DNA from: Myxococcales bacterium
Lineage (GTDB): Bacteria > Myxococcota_A > Polyangia > Polyangiales > DASUME01
DNA length: 64,000 bases
NCBI GenBank assembly: GCA_047601445.1
Contig: JASGJH010000001.1
Location: 3,968,001 to 4,032,000 of the forward strand
Reading direction: 5' to 3'
Below the pieces are notes generated by a model. It searched no databases. It had not been told where the DNA came from and was given only the letters and a program-made list of their open reading frames with translations. Positions within the stretch are counted from its first letter, which is position 1. Every line of letters starts with the position of its first letter. The position numbers and the translations under genes are program-made. Shown piece after piece: positions 1 through 9,921 of this stretch.

Positions 1-2469
1 CGAGCGTACTTGAGCGCCACGGGCGCGCGCTGCGAGGACCTGCTCGGGCGGAATGTGTTCGATCTTTACCCGCACGACGAGCAGGACGAGCTCAATGAGA
101 GCGCGCGAATCCTGAGGGCATCGTTCGAGCGTGTGCTCGCCGAGAAACGTGCCGACACCCTCGCCTTCATCCCCTATCGGGTGCCCAAGCACGGCGAGCC
201 CGTGGAAGAGGCCGAGGTCCGCTACTGGAGCGCCACTAACATCCCTCTGCTCAATGAGGCCGGCGAGGTCAGCTTCATTCTGCAGCACACGGTAGACGTC
301 ACCGAGCTGCATGCGTTGCAGCAGAGCTCGCGCCGCGTTTCCGTAATTCCTGAACCGAACGCCCGACAGAGCCACATGGAAGCGGGCGTCTTGCACCGCG
401 CCCGCAGCGTCCAGGACGAGAACCTCACGCTCGAGGCCGAGCGCAAGCATCTGCGGCGCCTGCTGGAGCAGGCCCCCGGGTTCACCTGCTTCTTGCGCGG
501 CAAGGACCACGTGTTCGAGCTCCCCAACAGCGCTTATCTGCGGTTGGTGGGGCACCGCGACATCGAGGGCAAGCCACTTCGCGAGGCACTGCCCGAGGTG
601 GTGCATCAGGGGTTCGTACAGCTGTTGGACGAGGTGTTGCGCAGTGGAGAGCCGTACGTCGGTCGCGGCGTGCGGGTGGAACTGCAGCGCGCGGCGGGGG
701 GCCCGCTGGTGGAGACCTACTTGGACTTCGTCTACCAGCCGATCGTGGAACCCAATGGCGCGGTGTCCGGCGTGTTCGTGCAGGGCCATGACATCACCGA
801 GCAGCGTCGCGCCCAGCAGGAGCTCGCGCGCTACCGCGAGCACCTCGAAGAGCTCGTGCACGAGCGCACCCAGGAGCTCGAGCGCAGCGAGCAAGAGCGC
901 AGCGAGACCGAGGCTCGCCTGCGTCAGGCCATGAAGATGGAAGCGGTGGGCAACCTCACCGGAGGTGTCGCGCACGACTTCAACAACATTCTTCAGGTCA
1001 TCGCGGGGAACCTGCGCATGCTGGAGGGCGAGCTACCGCAAACGGCGAGCGCGAATCAGCGCCTACAGACCACGCTGCGCGCCGTGCAGCGCGGCCGCAA
1101 GCTCTCGCAGCAGCTGCTGGCCTTCGCGCGCCGACAACCGCTGGCTCCTCGCGTGGTCAGCCCAGAGCGTGCCCTGGGTGGCATCGACGAACTCCTGCGG
1201 CGCACCATGGGCGAGCACATCGAGCTCGCGATCGAGACGGATCCGAATGTGTGGAACACATTCGTCGATCCGAACCAGCTGGACAACGTGCTCTTGAACC
1301 TCGCCATCAACGCGCGGGATGCCATGGGCGACTCGGGCCTTCTCACGCTGCAGGCCGACAACGTGCACGTGGACGTGGCCCAGGAGCAGGTCCGCTCGGG
1401 CGACCTCGCGGCCGGCGAATACGTTCGCATCAGCCTGTCGGACACGGGCTGCGGCATGCCTCCGGAGGTCGCCGAGCACGCCTTCGAGCCGTTCTTCACC
1501 ACCAAGCCGGAGGGCCACGGCACCGGGCTCGGGTTGAGCATGGTGTACGGCTTCGCCAAGCAGAGCGGGGGCTATGCCTCCATTCGTAGCGTCGAGGGGC
1601 AAGGCACCACGGTGGAGCTGCTGCTGCCGCGCACGTTGGCGCAAGAAGAGCCCGAGGCCGAGACCGCGCCGCAGCTCATGGAAGGTGGATCGGAGACGGT
1701 CCTGGTCGCCGAAGACGACAGAGAAGTCCGCGCGACCGCCGTCGACATGCTGCGCCAGCTCGGCTATCGCGTGCTCGAGGCGGGTGACGCCAACGCCGCA
1801 CTGTCCACGCTGGTGCGCGAACATGTCGATCTACTCTTCACCGACGTGGTGATGCCGGGTCCCCTGCGTAGCAGCGAGCTCGCCGAGCGGGCCACGCAGC
1901 TGCAGCCGGGCATCGCGGTGCTCTTTACGTCGGGCTACACGCGCGACGACATCACGCAAGAGGGTCGCCTCGATCCGGGCGTCAGCTTGCTGAGCAAGCC
2001 CTACGAACAAGTTGAGCTCGCGCTCAAGGTGCGTGCTTCCTTGCGCGCCCGCAGCATCCACGCGGTCTCCTCGAGCTCGCCCGTGCACGTGGCTCCCATG
2101 GTGAGCGAGCGCAACCGAGTGCTGCTGGTAGAGGACGACGAGGACGTGCTCGAGCTCTCCAAGCTGCAACTCGAGCGTCACGGCTACTTGGTGGAGCCGG
2201 CCCGCAGCGCCACGGAGGCCGAGCACAGCCTCAACCACCACAAGTTCGACGCTCTAGTGACCGACCTCGTGCTACCGGATACCTCGGGCCTCGAGCTCGC
2301 CCGTAATTGCGCGGAGCGCTTCTCGCGCATGGGCATCGTGCTGGCCACCGGCTACAGCGATCTCGAGCTCGAACCGGAGCTCGCCCACGCAGTAGTGCTC
2401 ACCAAGCCCTTCGAGGAGAAGGACATCGTGTCAGCGGTCACTCGCGCGCAGACGCAAGCTTCGACTTGA
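1..2469 (+). CDS. Hybrid sensor histidine kinase (PAS-PAS-HisKA-HATPase-REC-REC), 5' end truncated by window
   Basis: Frame open from base 1; H-box GGVAHDFNN, N-box NLAINARDAM, G-boxes DTGCGM and GTGLGL, two receivers (LVAEDD..LFTDVVMP; LLVEDD..LVTDLVLP). Confidence 0.93.
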   Translation, partial: RAYLSATGARCEDLLGRNVFDLYPHDEQDELNESARILRASFERVLAEKRADTLAFIPYRVPKHGEPVEEAEVRYWSATNIPLLNEAGEVSFILQHTVDVTELHALQQSSRRVSVIPEPNARQSHMEAGVLHRARSVQDENLTLEAERKHLRRLLEQAPGFTCFLRGKDHVFELPNSAYLRLVGHRDIEGKPLREALPEVVHQGFVQLLDEVLRSGEPYVGRGVRVELQRAAGGPLVETYLDFVYQPIVEPNGAVSGVFVQGHDITEQRRAQQELARYREHLEELVHERTQELERSEQERSETEARLRQAMKMEAVGNLTGGVAHDFNNILQVIAGNLRMLEGELPQTASANQRLQTTLRAVQRGRKLSQQLLAFARRQPLAPRVVSPERALGGIDELLRRTMGEHIELAIETDPNVWNTFVDPNQLDNVLLNLAINARDAMGDSGLLTLQADNVHVDVAQEQVRSGDLAAGEYVRISLSDTGCGMPPEVAEHAFEPFFTTKPEGHGTGLGLSMVYGFAKQSGGYASIRSVEGQGTTVELLLPRTLAQEEPEAETAPQLMEGGSETVLVAEDDREVRATAVDMLRQLGYRVLEAGDANAALSTLVREHVDLLFTDVVMPGPLRSSELAERATQLQPGIAVLFTSGYTRDDITQEGRLDPGVSLLSKPYEQVELALKVRASLRARSIHAVSSSSPVHVAPMVSERNRVLLVEDDEDVLELSKLQLERHGYLVEPARSATEAEHSLNHHKFDALVTDLVLPDTSGLELARNCAERFSRMGIVLATGYSDLELEPELAHAVVLTKPFEEKDIVSAVTRAQTQAST

Positions 2470-2472
2470 GGG

Positions 2473-3321
2473 TCAGTAGGGAGCTTGGCCCTGAACGTTG
2501 CCTGCGGCGCTGTAGTTGCAGACCCAGACATCGACGTTGTAGACGCCCGACTTGCAAGTGGCCACGCCGCAGCCGACCTCGACGCTCTTGCGCCAGACGA
2601 TCTGCGTGTAGTGATAGCAACCGTCGCTGTTGATGTTCGACGAGCAGGTCATGTTGCAAGAGTCCGTGGTGAGAATCTTGCCGAAGGTCCAGCACGCCTT
2701 CTCGGCCGCCCAGGCGTCCACCGCGGTCTTCGCCGTGCTGACCTGACCCGAGCCGCTCGCGCCGCGCATGGCGATGTTCTCGCCGTAACCCTTGGCCATC
2801 AACATGGCCCGCGTCCTGTGCTGAGGCCCAAGGCAGTTCTCGGCCGCCTGCTTGGTGGCCCACTCCTGCGCGTAAGCCGCGATGGTGGCGTTCCACTTCA
2901 TGGGAGGCAGCGCAGGATTGGGGTTCGGGCCAGTGGTCGCCGCGCGCACGGAGTTGTGGAGATCCGTCATGCCCACCATGCGACCCATCTCGACGTCGCC
3001 GCCAGTGGCATCTCCATCGCCGCTGGTGCCGGCGTCGTGAGGGGCGTCGCCGTCGCCGGTCGTATCGCCGTCGCCATCCCCGCGCGTATCCCCGTCACCA
3101 TCGCCATCGCCATCCCCGTCACCATCGCCATCCCCGTCACCGTCACCGTCGCCGTCTCCGTCACCATCTCCGTCGCCATCGCCATCGCCGTCGCCATCTC
3201 CATCCCCATCACCGGCCTCGGAATGCAGGCCACTGTCGAGATACGAGGGCGCAGTGTCGTCCCCGCAGCCAACGGCGATCAGGAGACACAAATAGCCCAG
3301 CGACGCGCCACGAATTTTCAT
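2473..3321 (-). CDS. CAP/SCP (PR-1-like) domain lipoprotein with Gly-Asp repeat linker
   Basis: Lipobox LIAVGC after ATG 3321; CAP motifs HNSVR, GENI, HYTQIVW, VGCG, VCNYSAAGN. Confidence 0.9.
   Translation of the reverse strand: MKIRGASLGYLCLLIAVGCGDDTAPSYLDSGLHSEAGDGDGDGDGDGDGDGDGDGDGDGDGDGDGDGDGDGDGDGDGDTRGDGDGDTTGDGDAPHDAGTSGDGDATGGDVEMGRMVGMTDLHNSVRAATTGPNPNPALPPMKWNATIAAYAQEWATKQAAENCLGPQHRTRAMLMAKGYGENIAMRGASGSGQVSTAKTAVDAWAAEKACWTFGKILTTDSCNMTCSSNINSDGCYHYTQIVWRKSVEVGCGVATCKSGVYNVDVWVCNYSAAGNVQGQAPY
3088..3213 (-). repeat. Coding hexamer repeat encoding (Gly-Asp)x21
   Basis: 126 nt of degenerate GGN-GAY codons within the CAP gene. Confidence 0.95.
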
Positions 3322-3569
3322 GGTGGAGGAGCCAACCCTTCTTTGACCTGAAATACAAGCATGAGTAGTAAGGGCGCAAAAATCCAACCCGCGCGGCGCG
3401 GCGAGCGCACGGAGCAAGGAATTTCCCGTCCTGATTGCATCGCTGCTTGGCAGGCCCCGAAAGGCAGCGAACGCGGGAGGCTAGCCACTCCGTGTGCGAG
3501 CTGACAATCGCGCGCGGACGTCCGCGCTGAATCGCTTGCGGACGCGGCGACTTTGGAGCCGGAGGACGT

Positions 3570-5486
3570 TCAGCGGATGCTGCCCAAGAAGTCGCGCATC
3601 TGCACGGCGAGGCGACGATCGAAACGCTCGAAGGCCGCGTTCATGTCGCCACCGATCTTGGGATCGTACTCCGCTCCCACGCCGGTCGCGCGCAAGCTCT
3701 CTGGCGCGAACACCGCGCTCTTGACGTAGTCCGCGAAGGGTCCGGAGCAGGTCTCGGCCTTGCTGAGATCGAAGGTGGTGCGAACGGCCGGAGCATGCAT
3801 GGCCGTGGGCTGATCGTCGCGCTCCACCTGCCTGCGCACCACGGCGTCGGTGGGGAAGCAGTAGGAGAGCATGTGGTCGAGCACCACGCGTCCCTGGATG
3901 GGCTCGATGACCACGTAGCGCTGCTGATCGCCGATGCGGACCGGATCGAGCGCCTCGCGGTCGACGATGAGGTACTGGGGCTTGATGTGCTCGCGCACCC
4001 AGGCTTCACCGACCCCGTGCTTGCGAGCCTCGAGGTAGGCTTTGCTCGCCACCAGCCCCTCCAGCGGGAACACGCGCACGTTGGAGGGCGCCCAGTAGCC
4101 GAGGCCGCCCGCGCGATCGCCCATGGCGATGACCATGGGTTCGCCGCGCGCGGCGAAGCGCTGGTCGTCGGCGATGTTGCGGCGGTTGTAGGAGCCCGAG
4201 GGGACGCCGCCCTGGCGCTGATTGTCGAGCATCTGGCCGGCGACCATGGCCTCGACGTAGATGGCGAAGAACACCGTGGGCAACGACGCGGCAAGCAAGG
4301 CCGCCGACTGGGCACGGCGCGGCTTGGTCCAGCGCGATTGGGACGCCACGGACTGCGCGATGCCGATCAGGCGCATCACGACCAGCACCGTCATCAGCGC
4401 GAACACGTAGAAGTACCAGGGCCACGGAATCCAGCCCGTGAAAGCCGCGAAGAAGAAGTAGTGGATGCCCAGCGCCACGGTGAGCACCCCCAGCGCGCCG
4501 TAGACGAAGCGCCCGCCCTCGAACTTGCTCCACAGCAGCTCGATGCCCAGCAGCACCAAGCCTGCGACGAACACGGGCGAACCGTGCAGCAAGTAGTAGT
4601 GAAGGATGCCCCAGTTGGAGAACAGCGGCGCGCCAAGGCGCTTGGCCACCCCGCTGATGGGCGCGGCCTCGCCGAACACGAACCAGTTGCACGCCATGTA
4701 CGCGGCGAGCGTGGTGGCGGCCGGAAGTCCGAACTTGATCAGACGCAGACTGGCGCCGCGTACGCCTTCGGCCTTGTACCAGACATAGGCGAGCGGGAGC
4801 GCATAGGCCACGAGCAGGCACACGGCATCGAGCCGGATCATCACCACGCCCGCGAATAGGAAGGACACACGACGGGCGCTCGTGGCGAGCCCTTCGTGCG
4901 CGGCGGCGCACACGGCCACCATGGCGGGCGCGAAGAGCGCGGTCTCCATGCCGCACGAGAACACGTGCGGATACACGGCGTAACCCGCGGACATGCCCGC
5001 GGCCAGTGCGATGAAGAAGGGTTCGCGGTAGCGCTTGAGGCAGTAGAGAAGCGGCAGACCGACGACCAGCGAGGTGAGTCCTTGCAGCGCCACGAACAAG
5101 CCGTGCTTGTCGAGCCGAAGGACCGCCTGCGTGGCCGCGAGAAGCGCCAGCCAAAGCGGCTGATAGCCGTTGGTCTCGCTCACGCCGTCGAAGGTGGAGT
5201 GCCCGTCGAGGCCAAGGTTGTAGGCGATCTGCAGATAGTAGTAGGCGTCGTCCATCACGAGATCGACGGTGGCCGCAGGATCGAGCGCGCGTGCGAGCCA
5301 CCACAGCGAAAGCCGGAAGCCCAGCGCGAGCACGGATGCGCCCCCGACGAACCACGCGATGGTGCTCGCACGGACGCGACCGCGCGGTGCGACGTCCGAA
5401 GTAGTGCTCGCAGGCTCGTGCAGCGGAACGGCATAGCCGCCCGTAGTTGCTTCAGCGTTAGGTGACCAGATTGCCAAGGGAACCAC
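3570..5486 (-). CDS. Polytopic membrane protein, probable GT-C fold glycosyltransferase
   Basis: DDAYYY after first TM, TNGYQPLW, GMET, RLD motifs; many hydrophobic segments; soluble C-terminal domain. Confidence 0.6.
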   Translation of the reverse strand: MVPLAIWSPNAEATTGGYAVPLHEPASTTSDVAPRGRVRASTIAWFVGGASVLALGFRLSLWWLARALDPAATVDLVMDDAYYYLQIAYNLGLDGHSTFDGVSETNGYQPLWLALLAATQAVLRLDKHGLFVALQGLTSLVVGLPLLYCLKRYREPFFIALAAGMSAGYAVYPHVFSCGMETALFAPAMVAVCAAAHEGLATSARRVSFLFAGVVMIRLDAVCLLVAYALPLAYVWYKAEGVRGASLRLIKFGLPAATTLAAYMACNWFVFGEAAPISGVAKRLGAPLFSNWGILHYYLLHGSPVFVAGLVLLGIELLWSKFEGGRFVYGALGVLTVALGIHYFFFAAFTGWIPWPWYFYVFALMTVLVVMRLIGIAQSVASQSRWTKPRRAQSAALLAASLPTVFFAIYVEAMVAGQMLDNQRQGGVPSGSYNRRNIADDQRFAARGEPMVIAMGDRAGGLGYWAPSNVRVFPLEGLVASKAYLEARKHGVGEAWVREHIKPQYLIVDREALDPVRIGDQQRYVVIEPIQGRVVLDHMLSYCFPTDAVVRRQVERDDQPTAMHAPAVRTTFDLSKAETCSGPFADYVKSAVFAPESLRATGVGAEYDPKIGGDMNAAFERFDRRLAVQMRDFLGSIR

Positions 5487-6022
5487 CCGTTGGTGCGCTA
5501 GGCAAAACTCGACCTCTCGTCGCTTGCTCAGCGACGGCGATCGGGCTCAGCTCGTTGCCCGACACTCGAGAACCGCGGTGACAAAAAAGGGAACCGAACG
5601 GCCTCGAGTGTTCCTACCCGTGAAGTGGTCGGTGGGTATGGGGGTTATTTGATAAAAAGGAATGCGAGTCTCCATACACGCGTTTTTCACCCCTTTTTGA
5701 CGGCTCGGTGTCGCAGTGATGGAAAAATGCGCCGTTGGAAATGGCCTCACGGACACGCGCTGCATGCCAGTGGCTCCGAATGTCAAAGCGTTCTTTTCCG
5801 CGGAAATGCGCTCTGTGATTTGACTGGCACCGCGCAGCGTGCTGCGTGGCGTTGCAGGTCCGTGGCCTGGCCAACCAGGGTCAGCTGACCACGACATCCT
5901 CACGCAACATGCACGCTTTGCGCAGGCAACGCCGCGCTCAGCGGCGCGGAGGCAAGCGCGAATCGCCCCGCCGAGCGGGCCAGAGGTCACCGAGACTCCG
6001 TGGGCCCCCGGCTCTCCCAGTG

Positions 6023-8023
6023 TCAGGGGACCGCAGGCTGACAGCTCACGACGACATTGACCACGTTGGCGGAGCCAATCGTCCCCGAGTCGTTGTTCAC
6101 CGAGCAGGTGCGATTGGCCGGCACCGTCAGCACGGTCACCTTGTACATGCTGCCCTTGGGGAGCGCCGTCGCGAAGTGGTACTGACCGTTGGCGCTGACC
6201 GTCAGATTGTCGCCACCGTTGTTCTGCAGCACGAGCGAGCCACCGCCCAGTCCGATGGCCACGCCTCCCACCTTGTACAGGCGGTCGGTGCAGGTGATCA
6301 CGATGTTGGTGACGTCGGCGTCGGGAGCCACACCCACGCCATTCTGCACGCTGCAGCTCTGACCGACCGGCTGATTCTTCACGGTCACGCTGTAGATGGA
6401 CCCCGTGGCGATCAAGGTCTTGAATGTGAAGGCTCCATCGACGCTGACCTGAAGCAAGTCTCCGCCATTGTTCGCCAGCACCATGCCAGCCTTGAGGCCG
6501 GTGACCGTGCCGCCGAGCTTGTGCGTATTGGACACGCAAGACACCGAGACGCCTGTCACATTGCTGGTGCCGACCTTGCCATTTCCGCTGCTGACGATGC
6601 AGGTCTGACCGGTGGGCTGATGTTGCACGGTCACGGCGTAGCTCGCTCCGCTGGCGAGTGGGGTGGCGAAGGCGAAGCTGCCATCGGCACTCAAGGTCAG
6701 GTTGTCGCCGCCGTTGTTCTGCAGCACTAGGTTGCCCGTGAGGCCCGTGACGCTACCGCCCACCGTGAAGAGGTCCTTGGCGCAGTTCACGACCACGCTG
6801 GACACGTCGGCATCGCCCACGCTGCCGGTCCCACCGCTCACGGTACAGACGGTGCCCGTGGGCTGCGTCGACACGCTCACGTTGTAGGAGGCGCCGCTCT
6901 CGAGCTTGGTGGCGAACGCGAAGCTACCGTCGGCATTCAACGTGAGATCATCGGCGCCGTTGTTCTGCAGCGTAGCGCTGCCAGACGCTGCGAGGCCCAC
7001 GAGCGTACCCCCGACCTTATAGGTAGCGGTGGTGCAAGTGACCTGGACGTTGGTCACGTTGGCGCCTGCCACCGCACCCGAACCGTTCGCCACCGTGCAG
7101 GTCTGCCCCACGGGCTGGGCGACGACCGTCACGTCGTAGGCGGTCGTCGTGGCCAATGGCGTGGAGAATGCGAAGCTGCCGTTGGCGGTCAGCGTGAGCT
7201 CGTTACCGCCGGAGTTCGCGACAATCAGCGTGCCGCCATCGAGCCCGCTCACGTTGCCGCCGATGGTAAAGAGGTCGGAGGCACAGTTGACGGTAATGCT
7301 CTGAACGTCACCCGCGCCCACGGTGCCAGTACCTCCACTGACCACGCAGTTCGAGCCCTCGGGCTGAGTCAGCACGGTCACCGCGTAGGCTGCGCCGCTC
7401 GCAGCGTGGGTCGAGAAGGCGAAGGGGCCGTCGGCGCCGACCACGAGATCGTCGCCGCCGTTGTTCTGCAGTGTGATGCTGCCACTCAGGCCCACCACGG
7501 AGCCGCCGACAGCGAAGCCGTCCGTGGTGCACACCACCGCAACGTCAGTCACGTCCGCGAAACCTACCGTGCCGGCCCCTTTCGAGACCATGCAGGTCTG
7601 ACTTGGGCTCGTAGGCTGAGTCAACACGCTGACGGCATAAGCGCCGGTGGTGTCGACCGTGGCAGGGAACTGGAAAGTCCCGTTGGCAGAGAGGGTAAGG
7701 TTGTCGCTACCGTTGTTCTGCAAGACGAGGCTGGCACCATCGGCCAACCCGGACACGCTGCCGCCGATCACATGGGGACCGGGCACTTGAGGCACCTGAC
7801 TGTCGCCCTGATTGCCTGCGTCGCCGCCCAATGCTGCATCGCCGTCTCCGCCGCCAGCGTCGTAACCGGCGTCCGCATCCAAGCGTTCGCCGCCGCCACC
7901 GCCACCGCCGCAGGCCGCCGTCGCGGTTAGGCCCGCAGCCAACAAGAGAGAGAATAGCGAAGGAAGAGCATGAGCCCCGCGCCAACCAGTGCGCCCTAGT
8001 CCGAGTTCTCCATGGGTAGTCAA
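6023..8023 (-). CDS. Surface lipoprotein with seven ~83-aa beta-rich repeats (GGxVxGL..LQNNGGDxL..NGxFxF..QP..C..C)
   Basis: Lipobox LTATAAC; seven tandem repeats each with two Cys; exact start uncertain. Confidence 0.85.
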   Translation of the reverse strand: MTTHGELGLGRTGWRGAHALPSLFSLLLAAGLTATAACGGGGGGGERLDADAGYDAGGGDGDAALGGDAGNQGDSQVPQVPGPHVIGGSVSGLADGASLVLQNNGSDNLTLSANGTFQFPATVDTTGAYAVSVLTQPTSPSQTCMVSKGAGTVGFADVTDVAVVCTTDGFAVGGSVVGLSGSITLQNNGGDDLVVGADGPFAFSTHAASGAAYAVTVLTQPEGSNCVVSGGTGTVGAGDVQSITVNCASDLFTIGGNVSGLDGGTLIVANSGGNELTLTANGSFAFSTPLATTTAYDVTVVAQPVGQTCTVANGSGAVAGANVTNVQVTCTTATYKVGGTLVGLAASGSATLQNNGADDLTLNADGSFAFATKLESGASYNVSVSTQPTGTVCTVSGGTGSVGDADVSSVVVNCAKDLFTVGGSVTGLTGNLVLQNNGGDNLTLSADGSFAFATPLASGASYAVTVQHQPTGQTCIVSSGNGKVGTSNVTGVSVSCVSNTHKLGGTVTGLKAGMVLANNGGDLLQVSVDGAFTFKTLIATGSIYSVTVKNQPVGQSCSVQNGVGVAPDADVTNIVITCTDRLYKVGGVAIGLGGGSLVLQNNGGDNLTVSANGQYHFATALPKGSMYKVTVLTVPANRTCSVNNDSGTIGSANVVNVVVSCQPAVP

Positions 8024-8274
8024 AGGTAGCCTCCTAGCCTGTTCGCAAGCGCCCGGCTCTCGGGCGTCAAACGCACCGAGCCCCTCGCTTGCTCGTTCTG
8101 GAAGCTAGAGTGGAGGGTCTGATCAGCTTGGTTGAAGCCATCGCTGCGGAGACGCACCTTGGTTTGCCGACCATTATCGAGTTGTTATCGAGAGTTCGCG
8201 CGTCGTTCGCTTCAACCTTTTCGACGCCGATTTCCACCTTACTGTCCATGGTCGTAGGTGGAGTGTCTGGCGCC

Positions 8275-9825
8275 TTGAAACGTAATCGGTTCGATCTCGC
8301 CTGTACGGTTTTGTTGCTGCTCGGTGGGCTAGGTTGCGACGGCGGGGAAATCGCCGGCCCCGCCGATGGCGTTCACCAAGGGGACAGCGCAGAGGACGCT
8401 GGGAGCTGCGCACCCACACTGGCGTCGGTGAGCGCGATGCTCTCCGCGAGTTGCACCGCGTCGGGCTGCCACAGCTCTGCTTACCCGGCGGGCGGCCTCG
8501 ACCTCGGTGCCGGCGACCTCGCCACGCGACTGGTGGGTCAATCGGCAGGCACCTGCGACGGCTGGCAGCTCGTGAGTCCAGGACGCCCGGAAAGCTCCTT
8601 GCTCGTGAAGAAGCTCGTGGGCGACGTGCCCATGGACTGCGGCGATCCGATGCCCCCTACGGGTCAGCACCTCAGTGCGACCCAGATAGGCTGCATCCAG
8701 GGTTGGATCGCGGAACTCGCGGTGGACGCCGCCGTGAGCGATCCCGTCTCCTGCGAGACCTGCGGAACCTCCTCCTGCGTGGACACGGACACCGACCTGC
8801 TCCACTGCGGCACCTGCTCCAACGCGTGTCCGAGCGGCGCAAGCTGCTCCTCGGGCACGTGCACTTGTCCTGCGGGCTTCGAGCTCTGCGGCGGACGTTG
8901 TGTCGACGTCTCTCGCGACGCCGCCCATTGCGGCAGCTGCGGCAAGTCCTGCGGTACGGGCAGCGTCTGCACCAACGGTGCCTGTGCGTGCAGCGACGGC
9001 CTGGACTCGTGCGGAGGCGCGTGCGTTGAGCTCGCTTCGGATCCCGAGAATTGCTCGGGCTGCGGCGTGGTATGCGGACCCGGCAAGTTCTGTACGCCTA
9101 CAGGATGCGGTACGCAGGTCGATTGCACGGGTCTCACCAAATGTGGAAGCTCCTGTGTCGACACCAAGACCAGCTTGCTCAATTGCGGCGGCTGCGGCGT
9201 AACGTGCAAGGCGGGAGAGTCTTGCAACAACGGCGTGTGCGGTTGTGCCGGCGGAGCGGTCTCCTGCAACGGCAGCTGCACGAGCGTGGTCGACGATGCC
9301 GCCAACTGCGGCGCCTGCGGAAACGTCTGCCCCACGGGCACCAGCTGTGAAAACGGCGCTTGCGCCTGCCCCGGAGGCGGATCCTCGTGCGGCGGCGCTT
9401 GCATCGACACGTCGAGCGACCTCGAGAACTGCGGCGCCTGCGGACACGCCTGCGCCCCCGGACAAACCTGCCAGGCTGGGCATTGCGCTTGCTCGGATCG
9501 CGTGGTGGACTTCACCAAGGACGTCGCGCCCATTCTGCAGAGCGCCTGCACCAACGCCGGCTGTCACTCCGGTACGAAGCCCAAGGAGAACCTCTCGCTC
9601 AGCAGCAGCACGTCCTATGCGGAGCTGGTCGGCGTCAAAACGTCGCAATGCAACGATGGACGTCTTCTGGTGAAGCCCGGTGATCCAGGGACGAGCTATC
9701 TCATGCAGAAGCTACTCGGCCAAGACCTGTGCTCCGGCACGCAGATGCCCAAGGCCGGCAGCAGCCTGCCAGCTCAACAACTCGAGACCATCACAGCCTG
9801 GATCTGCCAGGGCGCGGCGAAATAG
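8275..9825 (+). CDS. Lipoprotein with two cytochrome-c-like domains flanking six Cys-rich repeats
   Basis: TTG start after GGTGGAG, lipobox LGGLGC; CTASGCH..DPMPP and CTNAGCH..TQMPK; repeats of CVD...D..NCGxCG..C. Confidence 0.75.
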   Translation: MKRNRFDLACTVLLLLGGLGCDGGEIAGPADGVHQGDSAEDAGSCAPTLASVSAMLSASCTASGCHSSAYPAGGLDLGAGDLATRLVGQSAGTCDGWQLVSPGRPESSLLVKKLVGDVPMDCGDPMPPTGQHLSATQIGCIQGWIAELAVDAAVSDPVSCETCGTSSCVDTDTDLLHCGTCSNACPSGASCSSGTCTCPAGFELCGGRCVDVSRDAAHCGSCGKSCGTGSVCTNGACACSDGLDSCGGACVELASDPENCSGCGVVCGPGKFCTPTGCGTQVDCTGLTKCGSSCVDTKTSLLNCGGCGVTCKAGESCNNGVCGCAGGAVSCNGSCTSVVDDAANCGACGNVCPTGTSCENGACACPGGGSSCGGACIDTSSDLENCGACGHACAPGQTCQAGHCACSDRVVDFTKDVAPILQSACTNAGCHSGTKPKENLSLSSSTSYAELVGVKTSQCNDGRLLVKPGDPGTSYLMQKLLGQDLCSGTQMPKAGSSLPAQQLETITAWICQGAAK

Positions 9826-9921
9826 CGACCACTCGATCGGTGTACCCGCCTGGGGGACTCACACCGAGATGGCCCTCCGAAGGCCTCGCGCCCCGCCCCC
9901 GGCACGGCGTAGTGTCCTCCC

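Noticed and set aside
3040..3215. Repeat tract as possible CRISPR array or non-coding satellite
   Set aside because: It is an in-frame Gly-Asp codon repeat with no repeat-spacer structure and no cas genes
5490..5560. Possible c-di-GMP or other riboswitch near ggcaaaactc
   Set aside because: I could not identify the required paired stems or second conserved motif by eye; needs an Rfam scan
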